From the sequence record PZ386957.1: 64,000 nucleotides of DNA; one strand, given 5' to 3'. A model generated the notes under the pieces. That model did no database searches. It had not been told where the DNA came from and was given only the letters and a program-made list of their open reading frames with translations. This DNA comes from a phage. Shown piece after piece: positions 35,530 to 43,011 of the stretch. The stretch's first letter is position 1. The number at the start of each line of letters is the position of its first letter. The translations under genes and the position numbers were made by a program.

Positions 35530-35712
35530 TTAACAATCCTCGCGGCTTAAGTCAACTGCAATTGCATACAGCATAATGAATATGCTAGCAGATCCTAGAA
35601 TCAATGCACCTTCACATGTTGTAACCCGCTCGTCAAAGTATAGCATCAGCCATCCGAGGATGTTAAAGGCGCATACAGCGCCTATGTTGGCTAACCAATT
35701 AATCTTTTTCAT
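35530..35712 (-). CDS. Small membrane protein
   Basis: 60 aa hydrophobic. Confidence 0.5.
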   Translation of the reverse strand: MKKINWLANIGAVCAFNILGWLMLYFDERVTTCEGALILGSASIFIMLYAIAVDLSREDC

Positions 35713-35720
35713 ATTGTACC

Positions 35721-36048
35721 TTAGAAAGAAACTGTTTTCAAGAAATCCAGATTTTCAGTGCCGAAAGTAGAAAAGTAGTGTTTTCCTTTTTCGGTTTTAG
35801 AGAAAGCGATTGTCTTCTCTACATGGTGACGGAAGCCAGACAGACGATCACCCAGATCAAGGCGGCAAGCGTAAGTAGTGCCGTTTTCGAAAGTAACCTC
35901 GATTTGAGTTTTGTCATATTCGCCTTCATAGGCTTTTGCTGCGGCGTCCTGTGCTTTACGCTCGAAGTCTTCGAAGTGGAATACTTCGTTTGCGTTAGCG
36001 AATACGGAAGATTCAGAGAAGATAACTTTAACAGATACTGGTTTCATT
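35721..36048 (-). CDS. Hypothetical protein
   Basis: Start reassigned to MKPVSVKV after promoter/leader 36085-36113; about 109 aa. Confidence 0.5.
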
Positions 36049-36084
36049 TTGATACTCCTTTGTGTGTTTCGTTTCGATGGGTGT

Positions 36085-36113
36085 ATTATGCTATACACCC
36101 TATCGTATGTCAA
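36085..36113 (-). promoter_or_regulatory. Promoter TTGACA-17-CATAAT, -10 inside inverted repeat GGGTGTAT...ATACACCC, CATCGAAACGAAACAC leader
   Basis: Minus-strand read upstream of 35721-36048. Confidence 0.65.
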
Positions 36114-36120
36114 CAACTTT

Positions 36121-36309
36121 TTAGTCTTTTTTCATAATTTCTAGGGCAGCTTCTACCGCACCTTTCCAACCTTCCCACATGATGGACATGGTAAGGAAGT
36201 TAAAGCACCCGCAGGAATCGGCCTTTTTAGAAATAAACCATTCTACAAACTCTGTGCTAATGCCATTCTCTTTAGCAGATTCGCGCAGTTGTTCAATCTG
36301 GTCTTCCAT
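36121..36309 (-). CDS. Hypothetical protein
   Basis: 62-aa ORF. Confidence 0.45.
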   Translation of the reverse strand: MEDQIEQLRESAKENGISTEFVEWFISKKADSCGCFNFLTMSIMWEGWKGAVEAALEIMKKD

Positions 36310-36318
36310 AGTATCACC

Positions 36319-36507
36319 TCAACACTTAACGTTATTCAAACGGTTTTGAAAATAAACATAACATGCATAATTCTGTTTTGGCTGTACCGTATCAGATAAG
36401 CACGCTTTTACCGCTTCGCGATCCGATGGATCTACACCCTCAGCTTTAAGTAGTGCTAAGATCTGGTAGTAGCGTTCTCTCAGTTGCGCTAATGGTTTCT
36501 CTCCCAT
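36319..36507 (-). CDS. Hypothetical protein
   Basis: 62-aa ORF. Confidence 0.45.
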   Translation of the reverse strand: MGEKPLAQLRERYYQILALLKAEGVDPSDREAVKACLSDTVQPKQNYACYVYFQNRLNNVKC

Positions 36508-36516
36508 AATACCCCC

Positions 36517-36738
36517 TTACAGTTGATCAGCAATGTAAGCATGACAAGCTCGAAGTTTCATTAATGCACTACCTTTCACTTCGCCTACGATGTTCATAAC
36601 TTCTAAGCGGTCAGATGGATTCATTTTAGAGCACCAGATCTGGTTAGCCAGTTCCAGCTTGCTCATATTAGGTTCCATCTCAAACAGTTCACGCTCAAAG
36701 TCGATAATTTCTTTTGCTGCTTCTTTAAAGTTGATCAT
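36517..36738 (-). CDS. Hypothetical protein
   Basis: 73-aa ORF after promoter 36768-36796. Confidence 0.5.
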   Translation of the reverse strand: MINFKEAAKEIIDFERELFEMEPNMSKLELANQIWCSKMNPSDRLEVMNIVGEVKGSALMKLRACHAYIADQL

Positions 36739-36767
36739 TTTGATTCTCCCGTTCAGTTGATGGGTGT

Positions 36768-36796
36768 ATTGTAGGGGAGTTGTCCTCCCCTGTCAA
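36768..36796 (-). promoter_or_regulatory. Promoter TTGACA-17-TACAAT, spacer palindrome GGGGAG-GACAA-CTCCCC
   Basis: Minus-strand read upstream of 36517-36738. Confidence 0.6.
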
Positions 36797-36806
36797 CACT
36801 TTTTTA

Positions 36807-36992
36807 TTAGAAATATGCAATATAGTTTGCCAGTCCTACAGAGTCATCATTCGGCATTGCTTTTACTGCCAGTTCAAATCCTGCTTCAACTTTCTGTTTA
36901 GCGGATTCTTCGTTATAACCCCAGATCACCAGAATAGCTACTACGTTTTCTTTGCTTACTGCTTTCAGTGCTTTAGTGATGCGACGTGCCAT
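36807..36992 (-). CDS. Hypothetical protein
   Basis: 61-aa ORF after promoter/leader 37039-37068. Confidence 0.45.
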   Translation of the reverse strand: MARRITKALKAVSKENVVAILVIWGYNEESAKQKVEAGFELAVKAMPNDDSVGLANYIAYF

Positions 36993-37038
36993 AATTTGAT
37001 TCTCCTAGTTAGAAAGTGTATCTCGTTTCGATGGGTGT

Positions 37039-37068
37039 ATTATGCTATAGACCGGATCTGGTGTCAAC
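37039..37068 (-). promoter_or_regulatory. Promoter TTGACA-18-CATAAT with CATCGAAACGAGA leader
   Basis: Minus-strand read upstream of 36807-36992. Confidence 0.55.
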
Positions 37069-37091
37069 AACTTTTTTAAAAAAATTTAGGT

Positions 37092-37120
37092 AATAAAAAA
37101 GCCACTCCGAAGAGTGGCTT
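37092..37120 (-). terminator. Intrinsic terminator capping the ORF-free region
   Basis: AAGCCACTC-TTCG-GAGTGGCTT then TTTTTTATT. Confidence 0.7.
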
Positions 37121-37269
37121 ATAGGGAAGGTAGCGAATCTTCCTTGTCTCCAACCTGCTAGCGGCCTAGCAAGTGAATGCTTTAGCGTACCGGATTACCC
37201 CCATACGCTGTAATAAATGCGGCTAGGTGACGTCCAAATCATTCTAACCGCGCTGTTTTTAGTTCACTA
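37121..37269 (-). ncRNA. Putative structured small RNA (ORF-free, terminator-capped)
   Basis: About 150 nt with no ORF on the coding strand; several local hairpins; ends in intrinsic terminator 37092-37120; T4 carries stable RNAs in the analogous region. Confidence 0.25.
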
Positions 37270-37488
37270 TTATTTATATAGCTTTCTATCGCTACGTTTC
37301 CGGTCTTCTTCCTTGATACAATTAAATGCATCAAACAGACACATACCGCTGATAGTGAACATGATCAGGTTTTCGACGATATCCCACGTTTTAGCCCCTG
37401 TGCAGATATTCCAAACAGTCATAAAAGCAAATAGTGCAGAAGAGATCACAAGCATGATACTTGCTAAGATATAAAAAGTCATTTTCAT
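37270..37488 (-). CDS. Small membrane protein (2 TM)
   Basis: 72 aa hydrophobic. Confidence 0.5.
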   Translation of the reverse strand: MKMTFYILASIMLVISSALFAFMTVWNICTGAKTWDIVENLIMFTISGMCLFDAFNCIKEEDRKRSDRKLYK

Positions 37489-37679
37489 GGTTTTACCTCA
37501 ATTCTTCGATATTCATCACACATCCACGCAGTAAGCAAGAATCCCATCACATAAGCAACAAAATACGTTAATGCTTCTTCTGGTTCGGTGCTATGCGCCA
37601 TCATCAGACCAGCGAGAAAGGTCTTAACAATTACATTTAAAATAATTAGCCACGCAAATAATTTCATCGTTTGCCCCAT
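37485..37679 (-). CDS. Small membrane protein (2 TM)
   Basis: 64 aa hydrophobic. Confidence 0.5.
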   Translation of the reverse strand: MGQTMKLFAWLIILNVIVKTFLAGLMMAHSTEPEEALTYFVAYVMGFLLTAWMCDEYRRIEVKP

Positions 37680-37906
37680 TTCGGACGAGATTTTTCAAAT
37701 TTATACATTCCGTAACAATCTCGGATCATCCACGTAACAAGAGCACCAGTCAATACAGAAAGTACACAGAAAAAGTAAAACGGTCCAGTTGCATTGTCAA
37801 CATGAGCAAGCCAGGTAAAGAAAGCACATGCTAAGAACGTAAAGAACATCATAAAACACAGGAAAGCGAAATATTTTATGCTACTCATAGCGCCACCATA
37901 CAACAA
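37664..37906 (-). CDS. Small membrane protein (2 TM)
   Basis: 80 aa hydrophobic. Confidence 0.5.
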   Translation of the reverse strand: MLYGGAMSSIKYFAFLCFMMFFTFLACAFFTWLAHVDNATGPFYFFCVLSVLTGALVTWMIRDCYGMYKFEKSRPKWGKR

Positions 37907-37991
37907 ATCATAAGAAAGCCCAACGCAATAAGAATTGCATCAAATTTAGTGAACTCCGGTCCACCTATCAACATCATTCGTTCTATCTCGT

Positions 37992-38237
37992 TCATAGCGT
38001 ACATACCCATCTGAAAGCTCCACATAAAGCGATCAGTAGACTAGGTATAAACGAGACTAAAACAAGATAACAAAAATCATCTAAGGTAACACCGGAATAG
38101 CTACCAACTGTAATCACACCGATGATCAGACACAGAAAGAAAACAAATGCAATCAGAAACAAAGTATTGCTAAACAGTTTAGTGATCATTAGACACCCCA
38201 CGACGGTCAATTTCAAAAACTTTCTTATCACCAACAA
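37992..38237 (-). CDS. Small membrane protein
   Basis: 81 aa hydrophobic; start may be internal. Confidence 0.45.
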   Translation of the reverse strand: MLVIRKFLKLTVVGCLMITKLFSNTLFLIAFVFFLCLIIGVITVGSYSGVTLDDFCYLVLVSFIPSLLIALCGAFRWVCTL

Positions 38238-38388
38238 AGCAGGTCACTACCGCCTCGTTGACTTCCGCAAATTGTTGTGTTACCCACTTAAGGTCATTGC
38301 GCATCAATGTTTTATTAATAACAAATGTTGTGCCTTTCTTATCCTTACCCATAAATTTTGCTTTAACCACATCAAAATCATATTCCAT
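38179..38388 (-). CDS. Hypothetical protein
   Basis: 69-aa ORF. Confidence 0.45.
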   Translation of the reverse strand: MEYDFDVVKAKFMGKDKKGTTFVINKTLMRNDLKWVTQQFAEVNEAVVTCFVGDKKVFEIDRRGVSNDH

Positions 38389-38397
38389 ATTATCACC

Positions 38398-38568
38398 TTA
38401 TTTGCTAATCGCTAAACCCAATCCAAAGAGAGCACCCGATGCTACAGTATATCCGAAAGTTTCAAGGGCAGTAAAGATATCGAAGCCACCAGCTAACAGA
38501 GTTGCAGCAAACATAGAGCCACCTGCGAACATAAACACATTTCCAAAAGTTTTAGCAATAATTTTCAT
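38398..38568 (-). CDS. Small hydrophobic Gly-rich peptide (56 aa), unannotated in track
   Basis: Hand-translated MKIIAKTFGNVFMFAGGSMFAATLLAGGFDIFTALETFGYTVASGALFGLGLAISK; RBS AGGAGAA 6 nt upstream; promoter 38600-38628. Confidence 0.55.
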   Translation of the reverse strand: MKIIAKTFGNVFMFAGGSMFAATLLAGGFDIFTALETFGYTVASGALFGLGLAISK

Positions 38569-38599
38569 GTTGATTCTCCTCTCGTTTGTTTGTGGGGGT

Positions 38600-38628
38600 A
38601 TCTTACTACCCCCGTTTCATGTTGTCAA
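38600..38628 (-). promoter_or_regulatory. Promoter TTGACA-17-TAAGAT, -10 inside inverted repeat GGGGGTAG...TACCCCC
   Basis: Minus-strand read upstream of the 56-aa peptide gene. Confidence 0.6.
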
Positions 38629-38634
38629 TTGTTT

Positions 38635-39012
38635 TTAAGAAAATTTTACTTCGTCTACAATGTCTTTCATGACATTGATTTCCATTCCGGTCAGAACACG
38701 TTGGAACATGTGCTGCACATACGCTTTCAGGTATCCATTTGATGGCTTGCTATCAAAAGTCTTTTTAGTGTAGTAGTCATCACCGAAAGCTACTGTAATT
38801 ACATTTTCGTCGTCGTTCCAAGCGATATAAGCAAATTTGCCGTTATCCCAGAAGCGAGCACTAATTGCTACTTTTGTTGAATCGAATCCTACTTCGCTGT
38901 GAGATTCAAGAACTACTTGCGTGCCAGTTTCTTTATGAATGTAGTAGCGGGATACTAAGTCAAAGTTACGGGTGTAGTGACATTCGAAGTTATCTTTAAA
39001 CATCATCATCAT
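38635..39012 (-). CDS. Hypothetical protein
   Basis: 125-aa ORF starting MMMMFKD after promoter/leader 39051-39079. Confidence 0.55.
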   Translation of the reverse strand: MMMMFKDNFECHYTRNFDLVSRYYIHKETGTQVVLESHSEVGFDSTKVAISARFWDNGKFAYIAWNDDENVITVAFGDDYYTKKTFDSKPSNGYLKAYVQHMFQRVLTGMEINVMKDIVDEVKFS

Positions 39013-39050
39013 TTTTGATTCTCCTAAGTGTGTTTCGTTTCGATGTGTGC

Positions 39051-39079
39051 ATTATGCTATAGTCGTTTATGGTTGTCAA
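39051..39079 (-). promoter_or_regulatory. Promoter TTGACA-17-CATAAT with GCACACATCGAAACGAAACACAC leader
   Basis: Minus-strand read; downstream of terminator 39085-39115. Confidence 0.65.
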
Positions 39080-39084
39080 CACCT

Positions 39085-39115
39085 AAAAACAAAAAACCCC
39101 GAAAAAATTCGGGGT
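39085..39115 (-). terminator. Intrinsic terminator after 57B
   Basis: ACCCCGAA-TTTTTT-CGGGGT then TTTTTTGTTTTT. Confidence 0.7.
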
Positions 39116-39121
39116 ATAGAA

Positions 39122-39592
39122 TTACAGTTTGGTCGTCCACTCCAGATCTAGATCTTCGACATACTCATGAGATCGGACAATCTCTAAATCGAACTCTAGG
39201 TCAGTGCCAAATTTACGCGCACCAACATCATAAGAAAGCGTGATATGCGGTACATATTCAGGATAATCCCACGTCGCACCTAAAGCAGTTCCGATATCGT
39301 GTCTGAATTGCATGTAGTCGCTTTCAAATGCCAGCACAAGTGCATTAGTACCGGATTGAGTTTCAAACACTTTCAGATGGCATAGAGAGCCTAAGAACTT
39401 CTCCCCTTCTTCTGGGATAAACGGAACATAAACACGAGAATATAAGATAGTGCTATGCAGTTTATCACGAGGAACGGCATTAGGAAGATCGTAGAACTCT
39501 TGCAATTTTTCAATGCGGTCTAGTGTATCCTCAGTGAATTTAACCGCCGCATATGTACCTTTAACGGATTCTTTGAACGGGGTCATAATCAA
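39122..39592 (-). CDS. 57B: 2H phosphoesterase (gene 57B position; Acb1-like)
   Basis: 156 aa; two H-x-T/S-x motifs (LHSTIL, PHITLS) diagnostic of the 2H superfamily; located upstream of 57A/1 as in T4. Confidence 0.7.
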   Translation of the reverse strand: MIMTPFKESVKGTYAAVKFTEDTLDRIEKLQEFYDLPNAVPRDKLHSTILYSRVYVPFIPEEGEKFLGSLCHLKVFETQSGTNALVLAFESDYMQFRHDIGTALGATWDYPEYVPHITLSYDVGARKFGTDLEFDLEIVRSHEYVEDLDLEWTTKL

Positions 39593-39855
39593 GCCTCCGT
39601 GATCAGTTCTACTTCCTCTTTAGCGTCTTCCGCTGCTTCGTCTTTAGAGAGAAGTGCTTTTACTTCTTCAACAATTGCATCAAGGGAAACAGTGCCATTT
39701 TCATCTGGCTGAATACCCAGAATACGCACCAATTCCATCAAGACGCGCTCACGATCTTTCAGTTGGCCTTCTAAGAATGCGGCTTTTTCTTGAGTGTCAA
39801 ACAGACGTACTTTCAGGACATTAATCATTTGTTCATGCTGATTGGACATATTCAC
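39589..39855 (-). CDS. 57A: Tail-fiber assembly chaperone gp57A
   Basis: 88-aa coiled-coil acidic protein; KVRLFDTQEKAAFLEGQL resembles T4 gp57A; conserved position. Confidence 0.7.
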   Translation of the reverse strand: MNMSNQHEQMINVLKVRLFDTQEKAAFLEGQLKDRERVLMELVRILGIQPDENGTVSLDAIVEEVKALLSKDEAAEDAKEEVELITEA

Positions 39856-39881
39856 ATCTCCTACTTGTTGATAACTTTTTA

Positions 39882-40538
39882 TTAAATGTTCGCGAGAATC
39901 GCGCTTTCAAATTCTTCTAATGTACCATTATTTATGATAATGGTTTCACCGTCAATAGGCAAAATTCCTTTTTCGGTGGAGTGAGTCGATACAATACCAG
40001 TATCACGCTGAATATGCAACACCTTAGCACCCATAGCACGCATGAGAGCAATTTCAATAGGCTGACGAACATCAACCACTACAAAATACCCTTCTTCATT
40101 TTTGCGCTTCATAAACTCATTCACGAAGAGATTACACCAGTAAAGCGGATTAATCAAGTTAACCATTATATCAGTACCGAGAGTGGTTAACATGAGACGA
40201 ATAGACCAGACGTTATTATGTTTTTCGCCGATCTCATTAACGACCTTGTAAATCTCAACCAGACGGTCACACGTAAAGGAACTACCGCCACACTTCGAAT
40301 CTAGCATAAGAAGACACTGGATAAACCATTTATGCGCTGTGTAGGTATCAATACCTAGATCGGCTTCTCTGTCACGCCCTAGCCCATCAAAATCAAGATA
40401 CGTTAGACCTAAATCCGGTTGACATTCACATAAGACTTCTTTGATCGGTGCTGCTAGTTGATAACTATGACCATCAATGATTAACGCGGCAGTATCTTTC
40501 CCCACTCGTTTTTTACCACAAAGTGCAATCAATTTCAT
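39882..40538 (-). CDS. 1: Deoxynucleoside monophosphate kinase gp1
   Basis: 218 aa; MKLIALCGKKRVGKDT P-loop; LAAPIK, RLMLTTLGTD, LYWCNLF, MRAMGAKVLH match T4 gp1. Confidence 0.9.
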   Translation of the reverse strand: MKLIALCGKKRVGKDTAALIIDGHSYQLAAPIKEVLCECQPDLGLTYLDFDGLGRDREADLGIDTYTAHKWFIQCLLMLDSKCGGSSFTCDRLVEIYKVVNEIGEKHNNVWSIRLMLTTLGTDIMVNLINPLYWCNLFVNEFMKRKNEEGYFVVVDVRQPIEIALMRAMGAKVLHIQRDTGIVSTHSTEKGILPIDGETIIINNGTLEEFESAILANI

Positions 40539-40553
40539 AATATAATCCTCGTA

Positions 40554-41144
40554 TTACTTTCTAAAAGCTGGATGCATTGCTTTGATACCCTCAACCCTCT
40601 GGCGGTCAGCCGCCTGAATTGCCGGACGAGGAACGATCAATTGTCCATCCCGTTCAATGCTCATTGTTTTAAATGGAAGAATTGCAGTACATACCAGAGA
40701 TTCATGCATATCATCGGTGTATGTTAACTCAAGTTCTCCTAATTGGGAACACCAACAACCATAAAAGTTAAATGTGCATACAATGTTACGGCGTTCATTG
40801 TCCATCATGTGAACTTGAACGGCTTCCGGCATTGAATCCTTCCACGCAGTGGAGTTCCCGTTATTGTAGTCTACTATAGAAAGCATCCAGGTGTAAAGGT
40901 TTAGATAGCTTTCTAGATGTTCATCGACAATAAACCGGACTACCAACGGATCAAACTCTACATGACTAGAAGGATAGTCTGCCATAGCCAAACCATATTG
41001 ACCAGCAACTTGTTTAGTCGGTGGAATTGTTATAGCAGGAAGTGTAACACCTTGACAGTTTAAAGTAAAGCCTTTTGTTAGTTGACCATCTGGAATGGTT
41101 ATTTGCCAGTTACTAGGATTAGCATAGTTAAAGAGATTAGACAT
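40554..41144 (-). CDS. 3: Tail completion/sheath stabiliser gp3 (by position)
   Basis: 196 aa; occupies the T4 gene 3 slot between 1 and 2; no motif check possible. Confidence 0.55.
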   Translation of the reverse strand: MSNLFNYANPSNWQITIPDGQLTKGFTLNCQGVTLPAITIPPTKQVAGQYGLAMADYPSSHVEFDPLVVRFIVDEHLESYLNLYTWMLSIVDYNNGNSTAWKDSMPEAVQVHMMDNERRNIVCTFNFYGCWCSQLGELELTYTDDMHESLVCTAILPFKTMSIERDGQLIVPRPAIQAADRQRVEGIKAMHPAFRK

Positions 41145-41349
41145 GTTAATACCTTCTTAAATGAAAATATTTATCAAATAGTATCGCTTCGCGAGTGCCG
41201 GAGGCACTATTTTTGTTATTATTTTTGATGATTAATTATTAATCAAACGTGTATCTTTCAGGATAATAAAGATCACCGTTTTGGTGCTTTTTTAATCACT
41301 ACCTGTAAATTTATACAGTAATAAATAAAAGGGATAAACCGTTAGAGTA

Positions 41350-41610
41350 TTGCTTATGTCAGAAGATATTTTGTTAAAACTCTATGATCGATTAGATAAC
41401 GAGTTAGCAACATTACGTGGTGAAGTTCTCTATTTGTCTAAATGTAATCAGGATCTGCTTAAGCAGATTGCAGAAAGGGATGACCAAATAAAATCCCTTT
41501 CCGGTGCATTACGTGATCGTGACAAGGCATTAGAGATTTTACAGCGTGTAACCAATAAAGAAGAATTGAAAGATTTTCTACATGGTTATGCTCACGCCAT
41601 CGATCTATAA
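41350..41610 (+). CDS. Small coiled-coil protein (opposite strand to neighbours)
   Basis: 86 aa, heptad-rich; followed by hairpin terminator 41610-41636. Confidence 0.5.
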   Translation: MLMSEDILLKLYDRLDNELATLRGEVLYLSKCNQDLLKQIAERDDQIKSLSGALRDRDKALEILQRVTNKEELKDFLHGYAHAIDL

Positions 41611-41636
41611 TAAAAAAGCCCGTCAATGACGGGCTT
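41610..41636. terminator. Bidirectional hairpin terminator between the plus-strand small ORF and gp2
   Basis: AAGCCCGTCA-ATGACGGGCTT flanked by A-run upstream and T-run (minus read) downstream. Confidence 0.65.
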
Positions 41637-41649
41637 AATTGTATGTAGT

Positions 41650-42477
41650 TTAAAACAGTTTCCAGACTTTTCGAGCGTCGTAATTTTTTCCTTTGGACAA
41701 AAATTTATAGGTCGGAAGATATACTGCCCTAGCCCAATCTTTTGGCGATATCTCTATCAGTTTTGTCCTGATATGTCCTGGCAAATATGCTTTGATCATG
41801 TGATCACTTCCACGCATACCCTTTACGTCGCTCCATTTGATTTTTAAGCGAGTTTTATTGCTTAGACTAGGGGTAGATGCGTATTGCTTTAAAAGTGCTT
41901 CTAAGAACTGTTGACGCGCTTTAGGAGGCGCATAGTGCAAGTTCAAGCCTAACATGATCGTATTACCCGCTTTACTGGTTCCTTCACCTAGACAGATGAT
42001 CAACGGAAAAGCATCGTAAAATTCAAGAGTATTCTTATATTTTGGGTCATATGCATAAGTATAGATCCGGCCTACTTGTGGTTTTACTACCTGGTGACCT
42101 TTTACTCCTGCTTTGATAGTCTTCATAAACCATTCTTGCGACTTCTCTTTAGGTCGGGATACTTTAGCCATATCCCGGAGGGACGCACGAAAATCATTAA
42201 TAAGCATCATAGCACGTTGTTGCTTATTCAAACCTTTAGCACTTTTACCCTTTAATCGTGCAATCTCAATTGCTTGTTTAATCTCTCCTGAATAACGAGA
42301 CATACTCTTAGTGAATGTGGTATAGGGTATTCCTTTTTCTTGAGCAAATGCTTTAGCTGTAATGCCTTTTGCTTTCGCTTTAGCGAACTCTATACCCAGG
42401 TCAATCCACTGTTTAGCCTTTCTTTGTTGTGGCGTTTGCTTAACGTCTTCTTCTGTGATTATTTCAAATACGCTCAT
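41650..42477 (-). CDS. 2: DNA end-protector protein gp2
   Basis: 275 aa (T4 gp2 is 274 aa); conserved position between 3 and 4; basic DNA-binding character. Confidence 0.75.
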   Translation of the reverse strand: MSVFEIITEEDVKQTPQQRKAKQWIDLGIEFAKAKAKGITAKAFAQEKGIPYTTFTKSMSRYSGEIKQAIEIARLKGKSAKGLNKQQRAMMLINDFRASLRDMAKVSRPKEKSQEWFMKTIKAGVKGHQVVKPQVGRIYTYAYDPKYKNTLEFYDAFPLIICLGEGTSKAGNTIMLGLNLHYAPPKARQQFLEALLKQYASTPSLSNKTRLKIKWSDVKGMRGSDHMIKAYLPGHIRTKLIEISPKDWARAVYLPTYKFLSKGKNYDARKVWKLF

Positions 42478-42488
42478 AATATTATCCT

Positions 42489-42965
42489 CTATTTGTTAAG
42501 CCCTTTAAACCCGAATACTTTCTTTAATGCATGTTCGGTGATGATCTTAAACTCCATGTTATTTTTCTTACATAGTTCCACCGCCGCAGCCCATTTTTCT
42601 GTATTCACTGTGTATGTGTAACATTCTTGCATATATCTTTGCTTAGTCTTTGCCGTTATTCGTTTTGGTTTTTGTGGTGGCATTGTTTCTTTTGCTGGTT
42701 TTATTTCCCATAGATACTCCTTACCATCATCAAATTTAACTGCGATATCCATATAATAACGGCGTTTCTTGTTATCGGCGCTGGACCAGTATGGAATTAC
42801 TACCGTCTCAGATCCCCACCTAACCACATGTGGATTGCGGTCGAGCCAACGGAAAATGTGCAGCTCCCAAGATGACCGATACGTGATTTTATGAATGTTG
42901 GGACCGCGATACTTCTCAGGATTTTCTGGCTTAAATTTGCCCTTGTAAGTGTTAGATCCTCCCAT
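42489..42965 (-). CDS. 4: Head completion protein gp4
   Basis: 158 aa (T4 gp4 is 150 aa); divergent from gene 53 as in T4. Confidence 0.75.
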   Translation of the reverse strand: MGGSNTYKGKFKPENPEKYRGPNIHKITYRSSWELHIFRWLDRNPHVVRWGSETVVIPYWSSADNKKRRYYMDIAVKFDDGKEYLWEIKPAKETMPPQKPKRITAKTKQRYMQECYTYTVNTEKWAAAVELCKKNNMEFKIITEHALKKVFGFKGLNK

Positions 42966-42980
42966 TTTAGCACCCTTTCT

Positions 42981-42988
42981 TATAAATA
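42981..42988 (+). promoter_or_regulatory. T4 late-type promoter TATAAATA (gene 53)
   Basis: Exact TATAAATA about 24 nt upstream of the gene 53 ATG. Confidence 0.6.
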
Positions 42989-43011
42989 CATAATACTATT
43001 TATTAATTGGA

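Noticed and set aside
37121-37269. Possible pair of tRNA genes in the 150-nt ORF-free gap
   Set aside because: No T-loop (TTCRANY in a 5-bp stem) or acceptor/anticodon arrangement could be fitted on either strand by eye. Kept only as a low-confidence structured-RNA candidate.
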